A stretch of DNA of 63,385 nt, filler included, from Octopus bimaculoides (Eukaryota): NCBI RefSeq assembly GCF_001194135.2. It is 6 parts of 6 records of this genome, joined end to end, with 100 filler letters (N's around TTAATTAATTAA, not from the genome) between each part and the next. Parts side by side here need not be neighbours in the genome. Positions count along the whole stretch, not along the records: positions 12,104 to 35,782 come from NC_068981.1; positions 35,883 to 48,698 come from NC_068982.1; 4 more parts are not named here. One strand, written 5' to 3'. Below the pieces are notes generated by a model that saw only the letters and a program-made list of their open reading frames with translations, was not told where the DNA came from and did no database searches. This document shows, in pieces, positions 25,956 to 40,400 of this stretch (the first letter of the stretch is position 1; each line of letters begins with the position of its first letter). Both the position numbers and the translations under genes were made by a program.

Positions 25956-27420
25956 ATCACATTTTCAAACAAATATATGTTTTGAAGACGAATTCAACTG
26001 CAAATGCACCGGATCAATTTGACGCGAAATAACCTGAAAGGTAACATTTGCAATTTTATGAGAGACTGACGGAGTTATACTGCTTAAAAGCAACGAACAA
26101 ACAGTTAAACGTGTATGCACACAAACAGTGTACGTAGTTCACGGTATTCACATATAGGAGGCAAATCTTTATAGAATTCCATATAGGTTAAAGTGATAAT
26201 AATAATAGACCAAGTCACACTGAATATATATTGTACTGTGATAGGGTATATGTGTATCACAGTAGAATTTGGAGGAATCGCTCAAAAATATGCTTAAAAC
26301 AGTAGGATTTTGTCGATGCTACATTTAAGTCGTAAATAGCATATACATAACTTGTTAGAAATACAAACTGGGTAAACATCAATTTGAATAAAAGCGCCGA
26401 AAATACCAGTGCAGATGTAACAATGCTAATAACAAATAAACGATTGAAATGTAAGAAAACAACTGAGCCGTCATTGAAGATGACAGTTTAGACAAACATG
26501 CTATAAGATTCAACAGAACACAAAGTGGAACAAGACATTGTTGCCTGCCTCTAACACCAAATTCTATGATGTGAATTAGAATGTCAACCATGCAATGACG
26601 ATAAAAGAAATGATCGACAATCACTGAAAGCGGCTAATAGTAATGAATTAAACAGTGATATAACTCCGGTAGTACATTTGAAATTCATATAGCAAGATGT
26701 AGTTATGCACACGGCATAGACATAAAATATAACAACTAAAACTAGTAAATGAAAAATATTATTTACCTTAAAAAAGTCATCAAAATGATATGCAAATACT
26801 GAAGAGTATAGCTAGTGAAATAAACCTGGAATCAGAAAATTCACAAATAAGATGAAGTGAATCTCACTTAAACTCCAAATAAAATACACGTCATGTATGT
26901 ATATATATACTCCCGTGCGCATATTTTGTGTGCGCGTGTATTCATTGATAAATATGAAAAATTATAGGATCAGCTGTTTGGAGAGAGATCCACAGCTATA
27001 TTTTGATAACAAAGTTTCAAAATTCTTTGATGGTCTTATATAACTGAAGGTTATTTGATAGCCTCCTTATCATTTTGCTCTAATTAATTACGAAAAAAGT
27101 ATATGTCGCTATCCTTTGTTTAAAAACAAATAATTAATCTATATCAAGTGAGTTCATGTGAGTTACACACATGGAATTACTAAAAAGCTACTTTCAGTGA
27201 AGTGCTATTTCAAGCAGAAGTAATTAATATCTAAGTCACTAAAATGCATGCAGTGGCGGTTAATGGCTTAAATATTGTATTCATATTTTAATTAACTAAT
27301 AAACTGAATTCATAGTCGGAGACAAATATTCCAAATATTATAGCTTTTGAATACTAAATTGTATTCATGATTGATGAAAACAACATAAACCACAGGTTAC
27401 TTCAAAATGTTATAGAGAAT

Positions 27421-27432
27421 CACACACACATG

Positions 27433-27504
<72 letters not shown>

Positions 27505-27552
27505 TGCATATTATGGCTTATAGGAGTGTGTGTATGTGTGTGTGTGTGTGTT
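27421..27552. repeat. Compound (CA)n-(TACA)n-(TA)n and (GT)n microsatellites
   Basis: Direct reading. Confidence 0.95.
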
Positions 27553-28214
27553 GGATGTGTTTGTGAAAACTCGCGTGTCTGGGGATGTGGTATTTAACAA
27601 AGCACTTTACTAAAGGAGAAAATGAATAGATAAATGGAAATCATGGATCGACATCCCCATTTTCAATGGACATTTGATAGATTTTATTGGAAAGCTGGCT
27701 TATGTAATTGCCTAATGGGGCGGTCTTGTATTTGCGAGTGCATGATTTGTATTAGAGTATTAGTCAAATAATGGAGTAATTAGGCTAGTCCAGCTGTGTA
27801 TTATATTGTATAAATATATTTTTCGACAAATAACGACTCCATTGAAGATATCTCTTCACACCATGACCATTTCTGATGCTATTTATTCATGATACAATAT
27901 CGATTTAGACAACAATTAGAAACTGACATTTTTATAGTCATTACACAAATGAAGTTGAAAAATGTTAATGATTCTTGTGAATCATGTAAAGAATGAGAAG
28001 AATGTTTTCGGTCCAAAAGAAAATGCATAATCGTATATAACACAACTGTACGAGACATTTGTCTGAATTTCTTTGATTGTTACGCTTCACTGACATTCTG
28101 CTTGTTAGGAAACAAATCAGACCTTGCATTCAGGTCTTCCTTAAAAATACAAGTATACTGTGCTGTCATCATCGTAACTGAAATATGACTCTGTCTTTAT
28201 CTTTTATCTGCAAT

Positions 28215-28765
28215 TTTTAATCTTTTGCTTGTTACAGTCCTGAGGCTGCGGCCATGCTGGGGCACCACCTTCAAGAGCTTTTAGTCGAGAGAATCGACCC
28301 CAGTATATCGTTTAGTCCTGGAACTTATTCAATATGTGTCTTTAGGCGAACTGCTAATTGAAGGGGACGTATACAAAACAACAGTGTTGCCAAGAAATGG
28401 CAGGGAACAAAGACAGACACACACACACATACGTGCACACACACACCACAAATACATACACACATACAACGGTAGTCTTTTAGTTTCCATCTTCTAAATC
28501 TACTCACAAAGTTTTGTTTGGTTTAAAGTGATAGTAGAAGATACGTGCCCAGGGGGTAAACATAGAGGGGACAAACAAGGACAGACAAAGGGATAAAGTC
28601 GATTACATCGACCCCAGTGCGTAAATGGTACTTAATTTATCGACCCCGAATGGATGAAAGGCAAAGTCGACCTCGCTGGAATTTGAACTCAGAACGTAAC
28701 GGCATATGAAATACTGCTAGGCATTTCGCCCAACGATGTAACGTTTCTGCCAGCTCACCGCCTTC
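28215..28765 (-). mobile_element. Chimeric SINE: family-A copy fused to the CORE and 3' part of a CORE-type SINE
   Basis: 28575-28765 is family A; 28215-28573 matches the body/tail of the 44505 and 52059 elements. Confidence 0.7.
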
Positions 28766-29568
28766 TTACTACACAGCTACGGCTGCGCCTACTGACATAT
28801 TCAGGTCACTGTGAGAGCCGAAACCATTCCTTCTGACTGAACGTCAGATGTGATACTGATACTTTCGAAATAACTTTGCAGCCAACCATTCGTCAATAGC
28901 AATCGTTTAGTCGTATTTCGTGATGTATATGTATTGAGACTGCGCAGTATTTTCTCGTTAGTTTTACATATTGTGAAGTGCTATACTATTATTCAGATTG
29001 CTTCTGTTTTCGTCTTCTGTCCGTGTTACGTTTTCGCCATGTCAGATAATAACTCGAATGGAGTTATTATCTCTCTATACACTAGGTATGTATAGGGAGA
29101 GATACAATGAGAGAAAGAGTGAGGGAAGAGGTGGGGGCGAAGAAGGGGAGATAGAAAGAGAGAAAGAGAGAGAGTGAAAAAGAGAGAGATAAAGAGAGAG
29201 AGAAAGAGGAAGCTAGATTATTCTGCATTTGTGAGTCAAATCGCAGCCGCAATCTAATTGTTTAACGTAATGAATCAATTTCATGAAGACCAATAGATTT
29301 ATGTATTAAAACATACCGATAGATAGTCACAATAGAGAGGAATAACCATAGTTATCAAGTAGATGAGAACGTTACACTGTTACTCTTACTTGTTCCAGAC
29401 TAATGGTTGTCGCCATTATTTCTTAATTTAGTTGTTCTTTGGCTTTATTCATTATCAGTATTTTCAGAGTAGAGAGATACATACAATTACTGAAAGGATA
29501 TTTTGATACCTATATATAAATATATATATAGAGAGAGACAGGGAGAGAGAGAAAGAGAGAGAGAGATA

Positions 29569-29599
<31 letters not shown>

Positions 29600-29782
29600 C
29601 ATACATACATACATACATACATACATACATAGCTAGATAGACAGGCACGTAGGTGAGTCTACAGTTACATATTATAATTGCAGATATAGACGTATATTAA
29701 TAGATACATAAACAGTGCAAGTGAACTGAGCTGCAATGAAGACAAATACATATAGTCCGGATTGGACATTAAAAGTGCAGTT

Positions 29783-29817
<35 letters not shown>

Positions 29818-31472
29818 NNNNNNNNNNNNNNNNNNNNNNNNNNNNNNNNNNNNNNNNNNNNNNNNNNNNNNNNNNNNNNNNNNNNNNNNNNNNNNNNNNN
29901 NNNNNNNNNNNNNNNNNNNNNNNNNNNNNNNNNNNNNNNNNNNNNNNNNNNNNNNNNNNNNNNNNNNNNNNNNNNNNNNNNNNNNNNNNNNNNNNNNNNN
30001 NNNNNNNNNNNNNNNNNNNNNNNNNNNNNNNNNNNNNNNNNNNNNNNNNNNNNNNNNNNNNNNNNNNNNNNNNNNNNNNNNNNNNNNNNNNNNNNNNNNN
30101 NNNNNNNNNNNNNNNNNNNNNNNNNNNNNNNNNNNNNNNNNNNNNNNNNNNNNNNNNNNNNNNNNNNNNNNNNNNNNNNNNNNNNNNNNNNNNNNNNNNN
30201 NNNNNNNNNNNNNNNNNNNNNNNNNNNNNNNNNNNNNNNNNNNNNNNNNNNNNNNNNNNNNNNNNNNNNNNNNNNNNNNNNNNNNNNNNNNNNNNNNNNN
30301 NNNNNNNNNNNNNNNNNNNNNNNNNNNNNNNNNNNNNNNNNNNNNNNNNNNNNNNNNNNNNNNNNNNNNNNNNNNNNNNNNNNNNNNNNNNNNNNNNNNN
30401 NNNNNNNNNNNNNNNNNNNNNNNNNNNNNNNNNNNNNNNNNNNNNNNNNNNNNNNNNNNNNNNNNNNNNNNNNNNNNNNNNNNNNNNNNNNNNNNNNNNN
30501 NNNNNNNNNNNNNNNNNNNNNNNNNNNNNNNNNNNNNNNNNNNNNNNNNNNNNNNNNNNNNNNNNNNNNNNNNNNNNNNNNNNNNNNNNNNNNNNNNNNN
30601 NNNNNNNNNNNNNNNNNNNNNNNNNNNNNNNNNNNNNNNNNNNNNNNNNNNNNNNNNNNNNNNNNNNNNNNNNNNNNNNNNNNNNNNNNNNNNNNNNNNN
30701 NNNNNNNNNNNNNNNNNNNNNNNNNNNNNNNNNNNNNGTGGAATTTCCATAGTTCCGCCAGTCCAGTATTATTTGTAATTGTAGATATACATAAATGATC
30801 AAAAAAGAAAAGTAACACGTTTCCTGTATAACCGACGGAACCGGCTTTGAGATTCAGTCCAATCTGTGTGTGACTTCCTTTTGCCTTTTCTTCTCTTCCA
30901 TTGAAATTTAGTCATAGAGCGGACAGGAGGTTGATTGTTGTCTTTCAGACTTGGTACGATATCCGTGTCTTTTCATGTTTAAGTTAAATACCGACGATGC
31001 AACGCTGAGTTTGTTATTGTGTCTAGTCTCAAAGGAATGTTTTGTTTTAGCAGGTGCGGAGACAGTGAGCAGTTAAGGATGTTTATGTTTCAGAATTTTA
31101 AGGTAACGCTCTTGTGATACTGTGATGAACGATATACGACTCCGGCAGACAAATGTAATTGAAATGTTGAATTTTTTTTTCAGCAAACTATAAGATTGTA
31201 AATCGCAATTATGTTTTGCATTCTCAGGCATAATCCGATAGGATTATTCTGTGCGAATTCAGAGAAAAATGTAAATAAACTTCTGACATATCACTAAAAC
31301 AACAAAAATGTAAGCATATAGTATAAACTTCTTCTCTCTCCGAATTTCACACTTTAAGTTCATTTTCTTTATAACGTTTGACACAAAATTTATCTGTGGG
31401 AATGGCTAAAAGTTTATTTCTTAGAATATTCATAGCAAACATGCTATTCTTTTCTCCTAAATAAAATGCGAA

Positions 31473-31532
<60 letters not shown>

Positions 31533-34500
31533 CATCTGTCTATATGTCTATCTATGTCTGTCTGCCTTCCTTTCTATTCATCTACTTGTCTGTATGCATA
31601 TCTATCAGTTTTACTCACTGACAGTTTCTAGCTACGTCCGTTTGCCTGTCTGACTGTCTGAGTCTCTCTCTCTCTCTCTCTATCTCTCTTTATCTACCTA
31701 TCTANNNNNNNNNNNNNNNNNNNNNNNNNNNNNNNNNNNNNNNNNNNNNNNNNNNNNNNNNNNNNNNNNNNNNNNNNNNNNNNNNNNNNNNNNNNNNNNN
31801 NNNNACTAATTTGGCTTGGTTTCAACAGATATTACTGCATTATCGGTCATACAATTATTTTCCTTAAATTATTGGACACCGTCTCTTAAAATATATATAT
31901 CATTAAAAAAAAGTGGTATTCACTGGTATAATGTTAGGAACTTAAGCATTTACGTTATTAAAATAATTTAGTATGACGAACAGTAATTTTCTCGTCGACC
32001 ATTACGTTAAGTTATATTCAACTGTCATGATTTTGGAGTAATAATATGTAAATACATTCTTAGGGCGATATATCTGTGTAATATGTTGTGCATTAATGTA
32101 GAAGCTGTGAATATTTATTCTTCATAAAACGTGCGTTTTTGTTTTAGCTATTATTTCTATAATATTTTTATAATATTTACAGAACCTTTCCGTCATGCCT
32201 ATATAATTTCACAGATAAACCGTTGTAAGAAGCGGCTTCAAAACGTGATACGACTAATTAATATGCATACACGTTTACTGCTGCAGTAATTTGTACACAC
32301 TGATATATATATATATATATATAACTTTTTTTTTGTATATAATATTGATTTAAAATTTTGGCCCAAAGTCCGCAATTTCGGGTGTGTGGGTAAGTCTATT
32401 AAATCACACCCAGTACTGAAATGGTACTCACTGATTCAAACTGAGTAGTTTCCGCTTTTCATGAAGAGTAGCTATTTCCAGAGTGTAGAGTCCTTAAGTA
32501 ACTGAGGAACCCTTCACCGTGTCAAACTTTTCCTCGGTTATTATTTTATAATTTTCTTTGCTGCTTTCATTGAACATCTAGGAATATCAACCTATACCAA
32601 TATAATATGTGAAGAAACAGAGAAAAGCATGGACCGTGTCCGAAGCGGCTGATGTACGCTAGTATTCGGAGGTTAAAGCGCTTTGTGATGTTGGCCAAAT
32701 TTGTGGATTCTAAATGGTTGTAAATTAGAATGAACAGGAGACAGAATTTGTGAGGTTCGATTGTAGTTACCAACTTTTATGAGATTCCACCTACGATTTG
32801 ACCATATTGTACAAGCAATGAGACCATATATGATGACAGAAGAGAAAAAAATGGTAGAACGTGTAATATCATGGTTTTTGTTTTCTGTTAGAAAACTAAA
32901 GAGGAAATACTAAATTTGTTAGAATACTAAAGAGAATAGCAAGGAAACTGGAAAATAGCAAAATATCAGGACGCAACCAGAAAGATCAAGGTACAGCTGA
33001 ACAAAAAGAGGGAAAAAGTTAATTGGTAATTTCGGCAGAGTATCCAAACGGCTAACAGGTTAAATAGCATGCAAACTATTGCGTTTACTGTTACTGTGTC
33101 CTTTCAGAAGAATGGCATCTAATACTCTGCAAGAAGTTTAAGAAACAATACTACTAGAGAGACTTAATATTACTAGACCTCAGGAGAGCATCTGAATATT
33201 TAATTAGCATGCAATTGCTTTTTTTATAACAATACGTGGAAGCATGTTATATTATAGTAGTGCATGCGCAAATATTACGTGATATTTATTATTTTATTTG
33301 TTTCAGTCGCCGGATTGCATCCATTTTGGAACATCACCTAGTAAGCTTCTATCTGATGAAATCGCTCCAGGTAATTATTTTAAACTTGATATATATTTTA
33401 CCGGATATTTTCTCCAGAATATCTAATTTACGAAAACGTCAATAAAATAATGCCGATTTTAATATGGTGGGAGGACAAAACCTGCCATACACTCATAAAT
33501 ATCTACTTACACGCACACACGCATACAAGATTTGTTGAAATTCCACACGGTTTTTATTCAATCGATTTCACTCACAAGACAGTGGTTTGTCCGGGTCACT
33601 GTCACTTGATTAAAATGCAGCATATTCGACTGCAACTGGGAAGTAAAAGTCTTAACCGTACAGCCATGACCGACGATTGACGTGCAAGACTTTCCTTTTG
33701 AAGCTTCTTAACATATTTACTGCAACAACTATATTTATTAGCAGAATTAGTCATTGAAACATGCATTCTTTATATTGTATGATATGTCTATTTTCGATGT
33801 GTGAATTTTATATTGATTGATACGTGCCTCCAAAACTTTTACGCATACATATATAACTGAAATTTGGTCTCTGTTCAATTAGGAATTAAGTTTGTTTCTT
33901 TCCGAATAATCAACTTGTCAGGCTTTCATTTGCTATTTATATATATATTCTCACTAAATCATAGTAATTTTCTCTGAAGGTTTGAGGATTGTTCGTGGAT
34001 ATAGCTTCAAGCACATGGGAATATATAGAACAGCTGGTAAGCAGCAGTGTTTGGATTTATACTACATAAGCTAAATACACATTTAAATCACTGTTGATTA
34101 GTACTGATTATTTTCAAGTAACACAAAAATACGTTCTAATTGTGAATTGATCATTCGAAACGACTAAATATTTGAATAAAGGATAACTCGAGTCTTTCGT
34201 GACCATTTTGTTAATTTGAGACTGAATACAAGTCTGTATTCAGTTGATGTGTTTCTCAATCAAACATATCTCAATAATTATTGTAAACATTGAAATCTTT
34301 GATGCTTGAATACCTGTTTCGCTAAATCATTTCGAATTATTTTGACATTGGGGACAGCCAAAGAGCATTAGAGGGATACGAAACCTTGCAAACAACAAAT
34401 TTTACAGTAGCAGATGTAGCAATATCTCGATAGAACTATGAGATGAAGCAATTCTTATTTGCTTCATAAGCATTTGTATACATTTGAATATATTTGAAGA

Positions 34501-35665
34501 TTGTTGCCTCGCAAATTTCTTGACCGCCAGGCAATGTGATCTTTAAAAGTATGTTTGAGTACTATCATAAACTGGCAATGCAAGAATATTAATTTTGTAT
34601 ATGGAATAAATATTTCATAGGATATATTTCTTTAGGAATAAATTTATAACTGAATATATGAATGTAATTGCATGTATTTGATATATTTCAAGATATTTCA
34701 TTCCTTCATAAGAAAGTCATATAGGAATCTGCCTTTCAAAAATACATCTTGGCTTTATACCTTTGGCTGAGGGCGTTTGAATAATGCGATCAAATCTATT
34801 TCTACAATCTACATAATATGTATATACGCTCTTTTTTTATTGTATCTAGTATTTAATTTATTCAATATTTTGTCTTTACACCTTGTAGTATAATGTTTTC
34901 TAACATTTATGTACTGCATTTATTAAATCTGTGTTCCGAATTTCGTATTGTGAGATGTTGCGTTGATAACGACAACAACAGTTTCGTTAACATATAACAT
35001 CTCTGTCAATATCTTCCACCACATATAAAAATATCTATATAAAACCGTTCTCATCCCACAAAGAGACATCGTTAATGTCCGTGTGAATATCCTTTTTTAA
35101 AGAAAGTGTTTTATCAGGATATAATTCAATAAAAATAACACAGTCTTGTTATTTTTTTATTGTTAATGCATTGAATAATCGTGATTGCTCGTAACCCAAG
35201 TGTACTGGACATTTATGCATAAAAGCTATGCGATATTGTACTCTAGTAGGGATTGGTGATAAATTGAATAAGATTACGTTAACACGTTAACAAATTTTTC
35301 ATTAATACTATAAAGATTATTCATCAAACATTATGACAAAGCGTTCAAGAAAATCTCAATCATTTAGAAGGATAGCTATACAAAACTGAATATATAAGCC
35401 CGAAGCCACGAATATCAATAGCATTAATATCCTTAAAAGTAAGATCTCGTTTGATTATTAATAACACAAAATCTGTCGATGTATATCATCTTATGTAATA
35501 ATGTTTAATCCTACATAACAAAATGGTTATTACTGAATGATTCCACATCAGTATGTACAGTATCTTTTATTTTTTTCAATAGCTATTATTCATTTTCACC
35601 TATGTTGTCGCCTTCAAGTAAAATTTCTATATCGCTTGCACAACATATCTGCATCAATTTGCCTG

Positions 35666-35770
<105 letters not shown>

Positions 35771-36854
35771 ATATATATATATNNNNNNNNNNNNNNNNNN
35801 NNNNNNNNNNNNNNNNNNNNNNNNNNTTAATTAATTAANNNNNNNNNNNNNNNNNNNNNNNNNNNNNNNNNNNNNNNNNNNNATATATATATATATATAC
35901 TGAAGTCTATCTAGTCAATCGGTTTTTCTTGAAAGATCAGGACAGTTTTTTTTTGAGTCGTGAGGAGTTTTGGGAATGTGCTTAGTGGTATTTAGTTAAT
36001 TCTCTTTTCGTATGATTTGTTATCCTCATGAGATCGGAATTTGTTTTCTATTTCATTCCCAGTTCGATAATATAAAACATCTGTCAAGTAGTGACTGTAT
36101 TGTCTAAAGTGTAGCAATGTTACAAATCACTATCATCTGAGAAATCAAAAGTAGAATCAGAAGAGCATCCAGCAAAATATTTTGTATTTTATAGCTAAGT
36201 CCCTTTTATATTCGAAGCACGTTGTAATCGAGTTCACTTTGCAGCTGCGGTGGGAAATCCTGACGGAGTCGATAAAATATGAACCTACTATGTGCTGACA
36301 GTGATCTACTCAACTGAGCCTTTCCAACAGCTTTTCACTTTGCTAAAATGAATGAGGAAAACTTAAGAGTGTGGGATTCAATACCATGCATTATTTCGTT
36401 CACTCTTTACTGTCCGATTTCGAATTCTGTCGAGTTCTACATTGCCTTTAATCTTTATGATGTTGGCATAACATGCAAAGGCAACACAACACGCAAAGGA
36501 GACACGTGCCATCATAAACAGCCAACGGTCCACGTAATGTCGTTGGCCATCACAGTGGCGTTGTTTTAGAGAGACGGGTGGAATTTAAATTCGTTTAATA
36601 AAATACAACTACGTCACCAATAGGGAGAGAGAGGAAAGATGTATCAATGCCGGTATATGATAAATACTTTATCGATCGGAAGAAAAGGCGACCGCGAGGG
36701 AGATTTGAACTTTCAGTGCAAAGAGTTAGATAAAAGTACGTAAGGTATTTTAGAGGAATCTGCTAGTTCACTTGGTTTGTTGCAAGAATCACCGAATCAT
36801 GTACAGGAGGATATTTAACGACCACCTCTTTGTCATTAATATTGATTTTACAAT

Positions 36855-37012
36855 TTGTTTTTGCCACAAGGCCAACAATTTCTGGGGTAGTAATAAGTCA
36901 ATTATGTCAAACCCACCAGAAATCAATTGGTAGTTGTTTTATCGACCCCAAAGGATGTAAGCCAAAGTTTGAGATAAGTGGAGTGAAGACGGACAAAATG
37001 TCGCTAAGCATT
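36855..37012 (-). mobile_element. Decayed family-A SINE (older remnants also near 32355-32432 and 36650-36740)
   Basis: CACAAGGCCAACAATTTCTGGGG...TTTATCGACCCCAAAGGATG...CGCTAAGCATT. Confidence 0.7.
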
Positions 37013-39929
37013 TGTATGTGTATGTATGTATAAACGAAAACTTTTCCACTTTTCCTTTTCCACTGCAATTTCTGCCGCATCTTCCCAAGCCGCAATAGCT
37101 TTTTATTGTTTTCAGTTAAACTACAAATATTTATTTCGTTTTTGGATTTGGTTTGCAAGATATTTAAACGTCCATCTAGCTTTCAGCAAATAGAGAATAG
37201 TATTTATAAGCCAGCTATTACAATTCCGTTTGGACTATAGGAGTTGGTTAAATTGTCATTTGGGGCCAGAATTCCTAAAGTTTTCTTCAAAAGATGTATT
37301 CATGAAATGATTTGCAGTTAGAATTTTGTTTTTCCTTATATTTTTGATTTATCAAGGATTGTGCAGTTTCCGGTTCTCATTTCGCTCGCTCCAAATATTA
37401 CATGGATTTCCTGACCTACTGATTTTCTACAGATGTTTTATTCTACACTCTGCTGAAAGGATTTCCTTTTCAACAGAATTGTTAGCTAACCACAAAAAAT
37501 AAAAATGTCTTTTGACATCGGGAAAAATAACGATTGTTTAGCGAGATTAAAGAAAAATTATACAAAAGCATTTATCAACTCACCAATACCAGATGCCGCC
37601 CATTTTCAGCAGGAGGACGTTTTTGACTCAGAGATCGGTGATATTTTACATTCTATTCAAGATTCTTAGCAAATTTTTATCCTTTCTTGAATCGTTTGAA
37701 ACCGACCGAAACTACATAAGACATTAGCATTTTCTCCTTATTCTAAATTTACCCAAGGGAAATTAGTCACCTTGATTAACACAACAGTTTACAGTCGATA
37801 TTCGTTATATCAAGGAGTTTAGTAATGATGCAACCGATGCTTTATACTGACTAAACGCTCTGTATCATATACTTCAGAATTCCATATTTGTCATCTACCT
37901 GTTTCCACGAAGTATATTTGGTAAAATATTTTTGTATGTTATGAACAATGTTTTCAACCTGCTCATCATAAGCGTATAGTTTTTTGCTCACTTCAGCATT
38001 TATTTCACTCTATAGACGAATTAAAAAAAAACTTACATATTTGTAAATACAAATTGCACAACTCCATCTTCACACTTCACTCACATCAAATTCCCTTATA
38101 CATACACACACCCTCAGCACACAAAGCAATTTTCCACAAGAAAAAGGCATAAAAATTAAAATTGTCAGGAGTGGACAATAGCCTGTCGTGTAGGATCACA
38201 TATGTTATGTATAAAATCATAGTTCTATGCAAAAAAATTATAAATTTATTGGACCATTTTGAACTTTGTAATCGTTGTAAACATTTTGCTCTTGTAGTAT
38301 CTGTAGTGTTATGAAATATATTTGCTTTTTCTGTTTTAATTGTAAGCACAATTCTGTTGGCTTTTTAAATCGTCACTCAGGTATTCTTAGGTCAGGTCTA
38401 CGACCTACAATACTGCAATAAAAGGCAATGGGTCTTCGTAAAAGTCCACAAGATTAATGCACTGCCAATCAGCATTGTCTCACCCGCTCTGTTTGGTGCA
38501 GGGAACGTCATAGAATTTGTCGAAGAGTTTCCGCCATATAACCAAAGGAATAGTCCTGGAAACTTTCTTTACTTACGCTTATACTATAAAGAATTGATGA
38601 ATTCATCTGCAGATTGGAGCGATCGAACACTCTACACGGACCTATGGCATTCTGCTTCTTTTACTTTTCCTTACTGATGATACTTGTGTGTGTTCCACGA
38701 AATGAACCGACCTTGATTTGTAAATTCAAATCATGGACAAATTACTTTTTGTAAATCTTTCTTCTCATCTTGTCTTCAATAACTATGAATTACTTCCATA
38801 ACATAGTGTGTAGCATATTATATTGCAGAAGATTCCTACTCTAATGTTCATTATCTCATGGAAATGATACCATGAAATCGAATATATGTACACATACAAA
38901 CATAAAGGATACTGGTAAATTAAAAAATATGAAAATTATAATTGATATTACTATGATTATTTTGTCGTCTTTACACTTCACCTATCTTACTTTCTGTATT
39001 ACCAACAAAGAATTAATCATTAAAATCAATGTTAGAAATGTTTAGCCAAGTTGGGGCATCTCTGTCTTCAGTACTTTCCATCTAGTCCACCAGAAAACCT
39101 TTGACGCAAAGGCACTGTATAGAGAAATATTATCAATCATTACCCTTCCCAGCTAAAGGAATGCTGTGAATGGTCTTTATAATGGACTCAACTGGCAGCC
39201 AGATACATTCCACACTTGTTTCCATCTCTTTGACATATCTTTACAAGCCGGTGAGGCACAAGAACTGGACGGGTATGTGTAGAACAATTTCGTGGCTCAG
39301 CGCATTTCGGATACGCCCAGTTAACATTACTTCCGTACCTGTAGAATTTATAGCAAACAAGCTGTGTCCTTCGGTAGCACCAACAGGTCAGGGGGGTCTG
39401 GTCATCATCCATGGACCCAGTCGGGAATTTATCGGAAACAGATTAAACATTTGATTTTCGTCGACTCCCGGATGTTTTCTGAGAATCTTGTTACAGTTGC
39501 CTGCCACTAATCCTATACGTCACAAACCACGTGGGAACACTGGACGAGAGGTATAAGCGTTTGATGACGTTCCAGATTCCAAGTCTCCTGTCATGCTTTT
39601 CTTTGACTCAAAATGGCAAAATATGTCAGAGACACAAGCAGTGGGAAAACGTGTTGACTGAACGGTGACCACATCACTTTACTGTTGCTGCTTCAGTACA
39701 TGTCTGTATAGCAAAGGCCTTGTCATGTCCAGTCGTCCCCTCAGTGTATTTTGGCTGGAAAGATAGCCCCTTACCAGATAAAGCTGAAGTGCAGGCGTCA
39801 AGTAAAGCAAGGTACCACAGTTAGGCAACACCAAATGACGGAAGCGATGTTGCTGGTCGCTATCCCTGCCAAGACGTTAAGAGTAGCTTACTCCCGACCT
39901 ATTTTGGGTGAGACTACCTATCCTGCACA

Positions 39930-40400
39930 TCGCTATGTATTAATTTTTCATTACCTGAGGATATGGACCAAACAGGTCCCTAAGAAATTTAGCAAACCCT
40001 CCTTTCAGCACTTCATAACGTTTTTGGACTGTACTGACCACCTCTCCAGGTCACCCGTACAAATCACAAATTTTGGTCTGTGTAGCCGACGATTTCAAAT
40101 TGTGGACGACCTACACTATGCTTTTCATCTCGACATATTGAATATTTTATCTCGATATGATCGGGTAGAATCGATGCAGTTTCCTCTTCTCCACATTGAC
40201 ATATTCCTGAAATCCAATCGGCACCATTAGTCAATTTTGTGCACAGCACAAGCGGTAATTCAAAATTCCTCTCTGCTACGGACATTAAGGTGCGGAGGTT
40301 AGGACGAAACATTCTAGATAGCAAAGAATCTGGTCGATCGATTCAATTGGGCTGTAATGGGTACTAGTCTGAAGGTATGGCCTTCCAGAATTTCCAGAGA
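39930..40400 (-). mobile_element. I/Nimb-group LINE 3' relic
   Basis: Minus translation TRFFAI..SREEF*IT...SGICQCGEEETA...KYSICR...AKFLRD resembles the C-x-C-G-x-x-E-T zinc-knuckle tail of I-group elements; highly decayed. Confidence 0.5.

Noticed and set aside
29044-29072. Perfect 12-bp hairpin (similar 10-bp one at 34221-34244)
   Set aside because: Short AT-rich palindromes are expected at this frequency; no supporting context.
36459-36470. GATGTTGGCATA, 12-nt match to the miR-31 3' part
   Set aside because: Seed absent and no hairpin.
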